Positions 6,457-16,651 of a stretch of DNA of 54,646 nt are shown in pieces. The notes under the pieces were generated by a model. That model was not told where the DNA came from. It saw only the letters and a list, made by a program, of their open reading frames with translations, and searched no databases. The DNA comes from a virus (Duplodnaviria > Caudoviricetes). How positions within the stretch are numbered: the first letter of the stretch is position 1; every line of letters begins with the position of its first letter. Location: positions 1 to 54,646 of IMG/VR virus record IMGVR_UViG_3300028111_000008. One strand, written 5' to 3'. Made by a program: the position numbers and the translations under genes.

Positions 6457-7918
6457 ACAGATAGATATCCCTAGGGAGACTGTTCCTGCTCAAGTAGTTT
6501 CTCCTGAGTATGATGAGGACTTAGCACAAGAGATAGTGTTCAAGCCTAACCCCGGCCCCCAAACTTCTTTCCTGAGTTCATCAGAGAGAGAAGTACTATA
6601 TGGAGGCGCAGCTGGTGGAGGTAAATCATATGCCATGTTGGCTGACCCTCTACACGGACTAAATGATCCTAACTTCTCAGGACTACTTGTACGACACACT
6701 ACAGAAGAACTAAGAGAACTAATACAGAAGAGCCAAGAACTATATCCACGTGCTATACCCGGTATCAAATGGTCTGAACGTAAATCACAGTGGACTTCAC
6801 CTAGAGGTGGTAGACTCTGGATGTCGTACTTGGATAAAGATACAGACGTTACAAGATACCAAGGACAGGCTTTTAACTGGATAGGCTTTGACGAACTTAC
6901 ACAATGGTCTAGTCCTTACGCTTGGGACTACATGAGATCACGTTTACGTAGTTCAGCCCAGCACTTAGGTTTGTACATGAGAGCTACTACCAACCCAGGT
7001 GGCAGCGGTCATCAGTGGGTTAAGAAAATGTTTATTGATCCTGGACCCTCTAACGAGCCTTTCTGGGCTACAAATGTTGAAACAGGGGATACTATTACAT
7101 ACCCTGATGGACACAGTAAAGCTGGACAGCCATTGTTCAAACGTAGGTTTATACCTGCATCACTATTTGATAACCCATATCTTGCTGAGGCAGGTGACTA
7201 TGAAGCAATGCTACTGTCACTACCAGAGCACCAAAGAAAGCAACTCTTAGAAGGCAACTGGGATATTAATGATGGAGCCGCTTTCCCAGAGTTTGACAGA
7301 ACCAAACATGTCATTGACGCTTTTGAAGTTCCCGAAAGCTGGGCTAAGTTTAGAGCTTGTGACTACGGCTACGGATCTTATACAGGAGTTATCTGGTTTG
7401 CTGTTGCACCAGACGAGCAACTCATTGTTTATAGAGAGTTATATTGTTCTAAGGTTACAGCTACAGATTTAGCGGATATGATTTTAGACTTAGAGAAACA
7501 AGATGGTGGTATGAGATACGGGGTGCTAGACTCTTCTTTGTGGCACAACCGTGGCGACACGGGACCATCACTAGCTGAGCAAATGATTATGAAGGGTTGT
7601 CGTTGGCGACCATCTGATCGCTCTAGGGGTTCGCGTGTCGCAGGTAAAAACGAAATACATAGGCGGTTACAAGTCGATGAGTTTACTGAGAAGCCTAGGT
7701 TAGTATTTATGAACAACTGCACTAACACTATAGCGCAGATACCAAGCATTCCTCTGGATAAAAGAAACCCAGAAGATGTAGACACTCACGCAGAGGATCA
7801 CTTGTATGATGCTTTACGTTACGGTGTTATGACACGTCCACGCAGCAGCATTTGGGATTTCAACCCAGCAACACAACGCACAGGCTTTCAAGCTAGTGAT
7901 ACAACATTCGGGTATTAA
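6323..7918 (+). CDS. terL: Terminase large subunit
   Basis: Walker A GGAAGGGKS, Walker B WIGFDE, TTNPGG, nuclease DYGY and EDHLYDALRY; start uncertain. Confidence 0.95.
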   Translation: MSKNVEKHLLLNASLPSGSKKPLRKSKSSKPKGSGHTEIQAKAVEQIDIPRETVPAQVVSPEYDEDLAQEIVFKPNPGPQTSFLSSSEREVLYGGAAGGGKSYAMLADPLHGLNDPNFSGLLVRHTTEELRELIQKSQELYPRAIPGIKWSERKSQWTSPRGGRLWMSYLDKDTDVTRYQGQAFNWIGFDELTQWSSPYAWDYMRSRLRSSAQHLGLYMRATTNPGGSGHQWVKKMFIDPGPSNEPFWATNVETGDTITYPDGHSKAGQPLFKRRFIPASLFDNPYLAEAGDYEAMLLSLPEHQRKQLLEGNWDINDGAAFPEFDRTKHVIDAFEVPESWAKFRACDYGYGSYTGVIWFAVAPDEQLIVYRELYCSKVTATDLADMILDLEKQDGGMRYGVLDSSLWHNRGDTGPSLAEQMIMKGCRWRPSDRSRGSRVAGKNEIHRRLQVDEFTEKPRLVFMNNCTNTIAQIPSIPLDKRNPEDVDTHAEDHLYDALRYGVMTRPRSSIWDFNPATQRTGFQASDTTFGY

Positions 7919-7921
7919 TAA

Positions 7922-10051
7922 ATGGCAGAACAAGAAGAAATGTTTGAAACAGATGAAGTCGTAGCTGCAGAAGACAGTACGGATAGTATCTTTGAACAAA
8001 AAGATAGCGTAGTAGCTTTTGTACAAGAGCGATACAAACGAGCAGAGGATGCACGTTATGCTGATGAACAACGCTGGTTAAAAGCTTACCGAAACTATAG
8101 GGGCTTATACGGCAAGGATGTACAGTTTACCGACACTGAGAAGTCACGTGTATTTGTTAAGGTTACTAAGACTAAGACACTTGCTGCATATGGTCAGATT
8201 GTAGATGTACTATTTGGTAACAACAAGTTCCCACTATCTGTTAACCCTTCTGTATTACCTGATGGTGTAGCAGAAGCAGTACACGTTAATATAGATCCTA
8301 AAGCTCAAGCTGCAGGTGATGCACTAAAGCCTGTGACTGAAGATAAAGCTTCTGGTTCTTACCTTCTTAATGGTGATACTTCTCTAAAACCTGGTGAGAC
8401 TCTTATGGACTTACAGGCACGTATGGGTGGTTTAAACAGTAAGTTAGAAGCTGTATCAGATAAGATTATTGAGGGCGACGGAACTACACCAGCTACCGTA
8501 TCATTTCACCCAGCTATGATCTCAGCTAAGAAGATGGAAAAGAAAATCCATGACCAGCTGCAAGAATCAGGCGCATCTACACACCTACGCTCTATGGCGT
8601 TTGAGATGGCACTACTTGGCACAGGTGTTATGAAAGGTCCTTTCGCAGTAGATAAAGAATACCCTAACTGGAATGATGAAGGTGAGTATGATCCGTTAGT
8701 CAAGACAGTACCTGAGTGTAGTCATGTATCTTCTTGGGATTTCTACCCAGACCCAGAAGCTAAGTCTATGAATGATGCAGAGTATACTGTTGAACGCCAT
8801 AAGATGTCACGTACACAACTACGCTCGTTAAGAAGTCGTCCTTACTTCATGTCTGACTCAGTTCAGATGGCAGTAGATAAAGGTGCTGACTATATACAGA
8901 AATACTGGGAAATGACTATGGAGGATGATGATACACAACCAACCTCTGAGCGTTGGGAAGTATTAGAGTTCTGGGGTTATGTAGATATTCAACTACTTGA
9001 AGAGCATGGGGTTAAGATACCCAGCGAGTTGAAAGACTTAGATGAGGTTAACTGTAATGTTTGGACATGTAATGGTGAAGTACTACGATTTGTACTAAAC
9101 CCATTCAAACCTACACGTATCCCTTACTATGCTGTTCCTTACGAGCATAACCCTTACAGCTTCTTTGGTGTAGGTATTGCTGAGAACATGGACGATACAC
9201 AGACACTGATGAATGGCTTTATGCGTATGGCTATTGACAATGCTGCATTATCTGGTAATCTTATTATAGAAGTAGATGAGACCAACTTAACACCGGGACA
9301 AGACTTATCTGTATACCCGGGCAAGGTCTTCCGTAGGGCTGGGGGTGCACCAGGACAAGCCATCTTTGGTACTAAGTTCCCAAATGTTGCACAAGAAAAT
9401 ATGCAACTCTTTGATAAGGCAAGAGTACTAGCAGATGAGAGTACTGGCTTCCCTAGCTTTGCACATGGTCAAACAGGTGTATCAGGCGTTGGGCGTACAG
9501 CCTCAGGTATTAGTATGCTTATGTCCGCTGCTAACGGTTCTATTCGTACAGTAGTTAAAAACGTGGATGACTATTTACTTCGCCCCTTAGGTAAAGCTTT
9601 CTTCTCTTTCAACATGCAGTTTGACTTTGATGAACAAATACGTGGTGACTTAGAAGTACAAGCGTCAGGTACAGAAAGCTTAATGGCTAACGAAGTAAGA
9701 TCCCAGCGCTTAATGCAGTTCTTACAAGTTGCACAGAATCCAGTACTAGCTCCTTTTGCTAAGATGGATTATATTATACGTGAGATTGCTAAGTCTATGG
9801 ATCTTGATCCTGATAAGGTTACTAACTCTATGGCTGATGCTGCTATCCAAGCTGAGATCCTCAAAGGCTTCCAGCAACCAGTACAGCCTCCAGAAGCACC
9901 TGAGGGTGTACCAGCACCTGAGGGAGGCCAACAAGCGCCACAGACACCTCAGGGAGGCGTACAGGACACATCAGGCGGTGGAGGTGGACAAATAGGTATG
10001 GGTACAGCACCAGTTCCAGGAGAACAAGGATTCAGCGGTAATGTCTCTTAA
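7922..10051 (+). CDS. Portal protein
   Basis: 709 aa directly after terL; DFYPDP, FFGVGIAE, RTASGISML motifs; Pro/Gln/Gly-rich tail. Confidence 0.9.
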   Translation: MAEQEEMFETDEVVAAEDSTDSIFEQKDSVVAFVQERYKRAEDARYADEQRWLKAYRNYRGLYGKDVQFTDTEKSRVFVKVTKTKTLAAYGQIVDVLFGNNKFPLSVNPSVLPDGVAEAVHVNIDPKAQAAGDALKPVTEDKASGSYLLNGDTSLKPGETLMDLQARMGGLNSKLEAVSDKIIEGDGTTPATVSFHPAMISAKKMEKKIHDQLQESGASTHLRSMAFEMALLGTGVMKGPFAVDKEYPNWNDEGEYDPLVKTVPECSHVSSWDFYPDPEAKSMNDAEYTVERHKMSRTQLRSLRSRPYFMSDSVQMAVDKGADYIQKYWEMTMEDDDTQPTSERWEVLEFWGYVDIQLLEEHGVKIPSELKDLDEVNCNVWTCNGEVLRFVLNPFKPTRIPYYAVPYEHNPYSFFGVGIAENMDDTQTLMNGFMRMAIDNAALSGNLIIEVDETNLTPGQDLSVYPGKVFRRAGGAPGQAIFGTKFPNVAQENMQLFDKARVLADESTGFPSFAHGQTGVSGVGRTASGISMLMSAANGSIRTVVKNVDDYLLRPLGKAFFSFNMQFDFDEQIRGDLEVQASGTESLMANEVRSQRLMQFLQVAQNPVLAPFAKMDYIIREIAKSMDLDPDKVTNSMADAAIQAEILKGFQQPVQPPEAPEGVPAPEGGQQAPQTPQGGVQDTSGGGGGQIGMGTAPVPGEQGFSGNVS

Positions 10052-10229
10052 GAGTTTTGTAAACAATCAGATATCGTGGGAATCTTTTCTCTCTGAGTTA
10101 GAGGAGCGTATCTCTACACAACATCGTAGTATGGAAACTGTTACAGATACGGCTGAACTATACAGGCATCAGGGTGCTATACGTGCTTTACGACAACTAC
10201 AGTACTTGAGGGATAAAGTAAATGGATGA
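10041..10229 (+). CDS. Small conserved post-portal protein
   Basis: ELYRHQGAIRALRQL; overlaps both neighbours. Confidence 0.75.
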   Translation: MSLKSFVNNQISWESFLSELEERISTQHRSMETVTDTAELYRHQGAIRALRQLQYLRDKVNG

Positions 10230-13200
10230 TTTAGATAATCAAACTGAAGATGTTTTCCAAGGTGGAACTACAGATCAATGGCGTGATTATGCAGATTCAT
10301 TGCAGGTTAGTATTCCAGATGTATCCTTAAAGGATGCAACTACCTTTGTAGCTAGTATGACACCTGTTATTGGTGATGCTATGGCTGCTAAGGAAGTATA
10401 TGACGAACTAAAAAAAGATAAGCCTAACTATTATTTAGCTGGTGCTTTAGGTGGAGCTGCTATTGTAGGTCTTATTCCTGGAATAGGAGATGCCGCTGCT
10501 AAAGCTATTAAAACTGGAGCTAAAGAAGTTTTTGATGTAGCTAAACGTGTAAAACCAACACCTAAAAAGAAAATAGATTATGGTGTATCTAAGACAGGTG
10601 TACCTCAGATAAACATGATTTCAGACACACCAGCAGGTGTATATGATAAAACCGTAACACAGTCTGCTGTTGACCTTATGGATGAACCTGCTTTTGGTGA
10701 GGGTTTTACACGTAGGCTAGAAAAAGTTGCACAAGAAAATAGTATAGGAGCAGGTGATACTACGTTTATGCCTATGCAAGTTTATTCAGAATTATCAGAT
10801 CGAGTAAGAAGTAAAGACTTTAAAGTAGTACCTAGCAAAATTAAAAAAGATAGTCCTAAAGAACAAAGTGTATGGTCATATCCAAAACAACTTTATGACT
10901 CAGCAGATACATCTATAAATAAAAATAAGAAACCTGCAGGTTATAATGAGTTAAAGAAACGTGGTGAAATAAAAGACGGTGATGTTATTGTTGACATTGG
11001 TGGTGGGCGCTTTGATAACTTAGTGGAAGACGCTGCTGAAGAAGGTGCAACTGTAAAAGTTTATGATCCGTTTAATAGAACACCAGAACATAATTCAGTA
11101 GTTGTTGACTCTGTAAAAGATGGACAAGCTGATATGGCTATGTCTCACAATGTATTAAATGTTATACAAGAAGATAAAAACATTATTGACATTGCTTTAC
11201 AAGCAGAGAATGCAATAAAACCAAATGGTAAAGCACACTTTTCTGTGTATGAAGGTACAGGTAAAGGTGAAGGAAAAGTTACAACCAAGGGCTATCAAAG
11301 AAACGAAAAGACTGAAGCATATGTTCCTTTGATAGAAAAAGTATTTGGTGAGGCTAACGTTACCAGAAAAGGTAAAATAATAACAGCTACTAAAAATGTA
11401 AAAAGATTCAATGAAGGTGGAACGATAATGAATGAACAAACAAGAATGGCTTTTGCACTGGGTGGTAGCGTAGATTTAGATACAGTACCAGACAACACTC
11501 AAGGTATTGACCCTGTGTCAGGAAACGAAGTTCCCATAGGTTCTACTGCAAAAGAGGTTCGTGACGATATACCTGCACAACTAAGTGAAGGTGAATATGT
11601 CGTACCTGCTGACGTAGTACGCTTCTACGGTGTTAGGTTCTTTGAAAACTTACGAGCTAAAGCTAAGTTTGGGTATCAAGATATGGCTGAGAACGGACGT
11701 ATTGGTGGTGAACCTGTAGATGAATCTGATATGGATATGATGTTTGATATATCTGAACTAGAAGTAGAAGATGATGGTCAACCTATGACAATGAACGAGG
11801 GTGGTTATGCTCTTTCACCTGGTGATGAGGGTTATGCTAGTATGGGTGCGCTGGGCTTAGGTAGTGAAGGTATTAGTGCAGGATATGAAGTAGCAGGTAG
11901 TGCACCTAGTGTAGAAGTACGTACATATGTTAATGAGGCTGGACACACAATATATATTACATTTATTGATGGTAACCCTCAAACGTCTATACCTCCAGGC
12001 TATACACTACAAGTTGAGGATACTGCAGATACTACAACTACTGCTACTACTGCAGCACAACCAGAACCACAGGTTGTAACTCCTAGTGGACGCGACAGAA
12101 GCTCAAGACCAATGCCAGCACCAGATCCTATAAATTATAAAGAGCTTACTACAGACGATATTGCTAAGATGTTAGAAGATCAAAACTCGGCCAAATCTAC
12201 AGCAATAGCATTTGGTGCAGGTGCTATTAATCCTTTACTAGGTCTATTTGTTAAGGGTGCTATGATGGATAGTGCTAGAAGATTAGACAAAGAAATAGAA
12301 CGTAGGATTGCAGCAGAAGAAACATCTACAGCAGATAGAGCCGTTCTTGAAGGTTTATTAGAGGCATCCAAGAAAGGTAAACCTGGTCTGATTACACGTG
12401 TATATGGAGCACTAAAAAATGAGTTCTTCCCAGAGACTGACGATGAAGTAATAGCAAAAGAAATAGCTATGAAGATGGATATTGAAGCTGGTGAGGTGTA
12501 CGACTTTGAAGGTGATATTACTAAAAATATAACACCTACTGAAGGAGTTATTTCTTCTGGTGACCCTGAGATAATGGGCATGGATCAATCAGAAACAAAG
12601 CTACCAACAGAAGAAGAAGTGATAGCTCCTACAACAGGTAAAGTTTCTACATATACAGATCCTGTAACCAGAGAAAAAACAAAGTTTGAATCTTATGGTC
12701 AGGTTACTAGGAATGGTGTATATGCTGGCGATGGCTTTGAGTGGTATGAGATGGATGTAAAAGGACGTGATGGTACACCTGTCTTAGGTAGAAGATATAC
12801 AGGTGAAGGTGAAGATAATAACTTAGGTCAAGACACTATCATAGCAACTGAGCTTGGTTACGGAGATCCAGCAGACAGAGATGTATTTGTAAAAATAGCT
12901 GACATATCTCTAGAAGAAGGTAGTGAGTTTGCATCCACTCAAGGCTCAGCTAATGATGGAGATTTCTTAGAGTTCTTAAAGACAGGAAGCTTTGGAGCCA
13001 GCGAGTCTTTTGCAGATCAAGAAGGTAAAGACTTCACTCCAACGCTTACATATGGAGAAGTTCTAAATAAGGTTAAAGAACCAGAAGTATACGTACCAGA
13101 GCCAATAGTCCCAGAAAGTAAGAAGGCTTTTGTATCAAAACCTATAGTAGATGAAACAGATCCTAATAATATAACTACATCTCTTCTGTATGATAATCCA

Positions 13201-13554
13201 TACGGAGACCCAATTACATCTCAACAATTCCGAGATCTTAGAGATAAACGTAAAGCAGAAGAAGAGGCTGCAGCAATTAGTGCTGCTCAAGCCGCCGAGG
13301 CTAAACGAGCACAAGAGGCAGAGGCAGCTGCTCAACGAGGCAGAGATCAGTATAAGTCATCTATGATTGCAACTAACACTGTTGCTGCTAAGGCAAAAAG
13401 AAGAGGTGCTTCAGCTTCTGAGATAAGTAAAATTAGATCAGAAGGTAGAAAAGCATCTCAGAAAATGTCAGATATTGCTAGAGGCAGACCTGTAACAGGT
13501 TTTAAAGAAGGCGGTTTAGCCTCCAAGAAAAAAACCAAAAAGAAGAAGAAGTAA
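10222..13554 (+). CDS. Large multidomain putative virion protein: pre-toxin-TG-like region, SAM-dependent methyltransferase domain, conserved DDIPAQLSEGEYVVPADVV domain
   Basis: 1110 aa between portal and scaffold; IVDIGGG, YDPFN, SHNVLNVI motifs; repeated [FM]xxGG. Confidence 0.75.
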   Translation: MDDLDNQTEDVFQGGTTDQWRDYADSLQVSIPDVSLKDATTFVASMTPVIGDAMAAKEVYDELKKDKPNYYLAGALGGAAIVGLIPGIGDAAAKAIKTGAKEVFDVAKRVKPTPKKKIDYGVSKTGVPQINMISDTPAGVYDKTVTQSAVDLMDEPAFGEGFTRRLEKVAQENSIGAGDTTFMPMQVYSELSDRVRSKDFKVVPSKIKKDSPKEQSVWSYPKQLYDSADTSINKNKKPAGYNELKKRGEIKDGDVIVDIGGGRFDNLVEDAAEEGATVKVYDPFNRTPEHNSVVVDSVKDGQADMAMSHNVLNVIQEDKNIIDIALQAENAIKPNGKAHFSVYEGTGKGEGKVTTKGYQRNEKTEAYVPLIEKVFGEANVTRKGKIITATKNVKRFNEGGTIMNEQTRMAFALGGSVDLDTVPDNTQGIDPVSGNEVPIGSTAKEVRDDIPAQLSEGEYVVPADVVRFYGVRFFENLRAKAKFGYQDMAENGRIGGEPVDESDMDMMFDISELEVEDDGQPMTMNEGGYALSPGDEGYASMGALGLGSEGISAGYEVAGSAPSVEVRTYVNEAGHTIYITFIDGNPQTSIPPGYTLQVEDTADTTTTATTAAQPEPQVVTPSGRDRSSRPMPAPDPINYKELTTDDIAKMLEDQNSAKSTAIAFGAGAINPLLGLFVKGAMMDSARRLDKEIERRIAAEETSTADRAVLEGLLEASKKGKPGLITRVYGALKNEFFPETDDEVIAKEIAMKMDIEAGEVYDFEGDITKNITPTEGVISSGDPEIMGMDQSETKLPTEEEVIAPTTGKVSTYTDPVTREKTKFESYGQVTRNGVYAGDGFEWYEMDVKGRDGTPVLGRRYTGEGEDNNLGQDTIIATELGYGDPADRDVFVKIADISLEEGSEFASTQGSANDGDFLEFLKTGSFGASESFADQEGKDFTPTLTYGEVLNKVKEPEVYVPEPIVPESKKAFVSKPIVDETDPNNITTSLLYDNPYGDPITSQQFRDLRDKRKAEEEAAAISAAQAAEAKRAQEAEAAAQRGRDQYKSSMIATNTVAAKAKRRGASASEISKIRSEGRKASQKMSDIARGRPVTGFKEGGLASKKKTKKKKK

Positions 13555-13579
13555 CTACAAAAACTTCATATAACAATAA

Positions 13580-13604
13580 GGCTACCCAGCTTAGGCTGGC
13601 CCCA
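13580..13604 (+). promoter_or_regulatory. Leader hairpin upstream of the scaffold gene
   Basis: CCAGC-TTAG-GCTGG inside GGCTACC...GGCCCC, just before the AAGGAG RBS. Confidence 0.45.
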
Positions 13605-13620
13605 TCATAAGGAGTACAAC

Positions 13621-14568
13621 ATGATACAAGAGCCACAAGAAACTACGCCGATTAAAACTACATCGGCTTCACATCAAAGAAATGACGCACGTGTTAAGCG
13701 TGATCAAGAAGAACTAGAGGCACTGCTAAAGCAAGCACGTGGCGAGACAGATGAAACAGAAGAAGCTGTTGAGGCGCAACCCAGTAGCGAAGATCCTGTC
13801 GAACCCAAAGTTCAGACAGAGAGTAGTACCGAACAAGAAGAAAAACCCCAAGGTGAAGCACAAGAAGATGATACCGAGTTAAGTAGTGAAGAGAAAAACT
13901 TCAAGAAGCGGTATGGTGATCTACGCCGACACATGCAGGATAAAGAGAAAGACTTTACTGCTAAGCTAGATAAGCTAGAAAAACAATTAGACGCAGCAAC
14001 AAAGAATGAGCTTGTACTTCCTAAGTCAGAAGAAGAGATTGAAGCATGGGCTAAGAAATTCCCAGATGTTGCAGGTATTGTAGAAGCTATTGCAGCAAAA
14101 GAAGCAGATAAGAAGTCTTCTACTTTAGATGCACGTCTTGCTGAAATAGAAGAGTTACGCTCTAGTGCTAAGCGAGAGAAAGCTGAAGCTGAGTTAATAC
14201 ATATGCATCCTGACTTTGTATCTATCAGAGAAGATGATGCTTTCCATACATGGGCAGACAATCAACCTAAGTGGGTACAAGATGCTCTCTATGAGAATGT
14301 AGACGATGCTAAGTCTGTATCCCGTGTTATTGACTTGTACAAATCTGATAAAGGTATTGTTACAAAGAAAGCTAATACATCTGATAAGGGCGCAGCAAGT
14401 TCTGTAAAGAGTAAACGCTCAGCTGCACCAGAGTCAGACGATAGCTCAACTTACTTACGTGAGTCACAGATTGCTAAGATGAGCATCAAAGAATATGAGA
14501 AGCGTCAAGAAGAAATAATGGACGCTCAACGTAAAGGTAAATTTATTTACGATTTATCAAAGAAATAG
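13621..14568 (+). CDS. Capsid scaffolding protein
   Basis: Acidic N-terminus, FKKRYGDLRR coiled coil, basic C-terminal helix; directly upstream of the capsid gene. Confidence 0.8.
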   Translation: MIQEPQETTPIKTTSASHQRNDARVKRDQEELEALLKQARGETDETEEAVEAQPSSEDPVEPKVQTESSTEQEEKPQGEAQEDDTELSSEEKNFKKRYGDLRRHMQDKEKDFTAKLDKLEKQLDAATKNELVLPKSEEEIEAWAKKFPDVAGIVEAIAAKEADKKSSTLDARLAEIEELRSSAKREKAEAELIHMHPDFVSIREDDAFHTWADNQPKWVQDALYENVDDAKSVSRVIDLYKSDKGIVTKKANTSDKGAASSVKSKRSAAPESDDSSTYLRESQIAKMSIKEYEKRQEEIMDAQRKGKFIYDLSKK

Positions 14569-14597
14569 TTGACATCTGCTTAAAGATGAATACAACT
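14569..14597 (+). promoter_or_regulatory. Putative capsid promoter
   Basis: TTGACA-N16-TACAACT. Confidence 0.7.
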
Positions 14598-14598
14598 A

Positions 14599-14790
14599 GG
14601 GGCATGTACAGTGTTAGGTATCAACTACCTGTACATGCTTATAACTAAGCTCTAGCCACAAAAAAGAACTACCTCAAGACTAAAGGCCCAGCGCTCAAAG
14701 GATGGCAGTCCCCAGAGCAAAGCTGACTACCCTATTAAGAAGAGCCTCTTTAGTTGGTATGAAGCGTAAAATGTCACGCCATATCTATAA
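14599..14790 (+). promoter_or_regulatory. Structured ~200-nt capsid mRNA leader
   Basis: Stems GCATGTACAG/CTGTACATGC, GACTAAAG/CTTTAGTT and CAGC-GCTC/GAGC-GCTG. Confidence 0.55.
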
Positions 14791-14802
14791 GGAGAATTAA
14801 CT

Positions 14803-15870
14803 ATGGCTATTACTTCCGCAAGTGGTGGATTTAACGGAAACTTTTCCCCGATTATCTACTCAAAACAAGCACAGATCGCACTTCGTCGTGCAGCTGTAGC
14901 TAACGCAATCACTAATAACTCTTACTTTGGTGAGATTGCAAACCAAGGCGACGTTGTTCGCATTCAAAAAGAACCAGATGTGACTGTAAACGCTCTTGAG
15001 CGTCACACAGCTATCTCTGTTGAAAAGTTGAATGATGAAGACTTCTCTTTGACTATTGACAAAGCTAACTACTTTGCGTTCAAGATGGATGACATCGAGG
15101 ACCAATTCTCAAATGTTGACTACGTTAGCCTAGCTGCTGACCGTGCAGCATTTAAAATGGCTGACTCAATGGACGCAGACATTCTATCATACATGTCAGG
15201 TCACACAACTGCAGGTGCTTACATTACCGCAACATCAGGTGATGCACAGCACGACACAGCTGGAAACCTAACAGGTGAGTTTTTAACTGCTAACCATTTG
15301 GACGCAACGGACTTCGGTTCATTGGGTTCTGCTGACTCTGCTTCAACAGCATATGCTAATGGCGATTCAATCCCATTGGCTCCACGTCTTCCAGGCGCAA
15401 CAGCGTTGTCTACAGCGACTGTTTCACCTTTGACAGTGGTTGCTCGTATGGCACGTCAGATGGATCAAGCAAATGTTGACTCAAGAGGTAGATGGCTGGT
15501 CCTAGACCCAGTATTTATTGAGATGCTCAAAGACGAAGATTCACGTATGTTGAATGCTGACTTCGGTGGAGCAGGTCTACAAAATGGCTTGGTCTTAAAC
15601 AACCTACACGGCTTCCGTATTTACCAATCTAACTCTTTACCTTCTAAAGGTACAGGTGCTGGAACTTCTGGTGCATTAGCACAAGACGTAAACTTTGGTG
15701 TTATCGTAGCTGGTCAAGACGATGCTGTTGCTTCTGCTGAGCAGATCAACAAGGTCGAGAACTATCGTGACCCAGATTCATTCGCGGACATCGTGCGCGG
15801 CATGCATTTATATGGCCGCAAGATTCTTCGCCCAGAAGCATTAGTCACAGCGCACTACAACGCTGCGTAA
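14803..15870 (+). CDS. Major capsid protein (P22 coat-like)
   Basis: FSPIIYSK, GEIANQGDVVRI, FADIVRGMHLYGRKILRPEAL; own promoter, strong RBS and terminator. Confidence 0.92.
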   Translation: MAITSASGGFNGNFSPIIYSKQAQIALRRAAVANAITNNSYFGEIANQGDVVRIQKEPDVTVNALERHTAISVEKLNDEDFSLTIDKANYFAFKMDDIEDQFSNVDYVSLAADRAAFKMADSMDADILSYMSGHTTAGAYITATSGDAQHDTAGNLTGEFLTANHLDATDFGSLGSADSASTAYANGDSIPLAPRLPGATALSTATVSPLTVVARMARQMDQANVDSRGRWLVLDPVFIEMLKDEDSRMLNADFGGAGLQNGLVLNNLHGFRIYQSNSLPSKGTGAGTSGALAQDVNFGVIVAGQDDAVASAEQINKVENYRDPDSFADIVRGMHLYGRKILRPEALVTAHYNAA

Positions 15871-15884
15871 TAAAACTTAATATT

Positions 15885-15912
15885 GGGGCTGGTTTTATAC
15901 TAGCCCCTTTAT
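15885..15912 (+). terminator. Intrinsic terminator after the capsid gene
   Basis: GGGGCTGG-N7-CTAGCCCC followed by TTTAT. Confidence 0.8.
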
Positions 15913-15940
15913 GTACATTTAAAACCTTTTAGGAATTAAC

Positions 15941-16651
15941 ATGGCGACTTATATAAATCTAGTTAATGAATTACTTCGTCGTCTTAACGAAGTTGAGATT
16001 GGTGAATCTGATTTTTCCACAACTAAAAATGTTCAGTCTCTAGCTAAGGATGCTGTTAATTCTTCTATACGTGAAATACTACAAGATGCACAAGAGTGGC
16101 CTTTCACTCTAGTAACATATCAACATACGTTATCCTCTGGTACTAGCACGTATGATTTTCCTGCCGATTATTCAAAAGCTGATTGGGAAACTTTTTATCT
16201 AACAAATGCAGAGTCTGCTCAACCTGCACATCTACCTAGTATTTCTTATGAAAGTTATGTGTCAGAAAAAAGAAGTATAGATGATGTAGCTGGTGTAAAT
16301 GGTTATGGCATACCTACTACTGTATATAAAACACAGAACACTAAGTTTGGAGTTACACCTCCTCCCAATGCTTCCTATGTCATAGAGTATAGCTACTGGA
16401 AGTTCCCTGCAGATCTAACACTAAGTAGTGACGTTTGTATTATACCTGACAGATTTAGACACGTAGTACTTGATGGTGCTATGATGTACTTGATGCACTT
16501 TAGATCTAATGAACAGTCTGCTCAGTTACATGCAGATAAGTTTAAAAAAGGCATAAAGACTATGCGTAGACTATTAGTAGATACTAAAGATTACTTAAGG
16601 TCTACTGTAATAAACAGAGCAGGAAACTCTTTCTATAAGAATGATGTCTAG
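15941..16651 (+). CDS. Head-tail adaptor / tail tubular protein A-like
   Basis: TYINLVNELLRRLNE, EWPF, IPDRFRHVV; position after capsid. Confidence 0.75.
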   Translation: MATYINLVNELLRRLNEVEIGESDFSTTKNVQSLAKDAVNSSIREILQDAQEWPFTLVTYQHTLSSGTSTYDFPADYSKADWETFYLTNAESAQPAHLPSISYESYVSEKRSIDDVAGVNGYGIPTTVYKTQNTKFGVTPPPNASYVIEYSYWKFPADLTLSSDVCIIPDRFRHVVLDGAMMYLMHFRSNEQSAQLHADKFKKGIKTMRRLLVDTKDYLRSTVINRAGNSFYKNDV

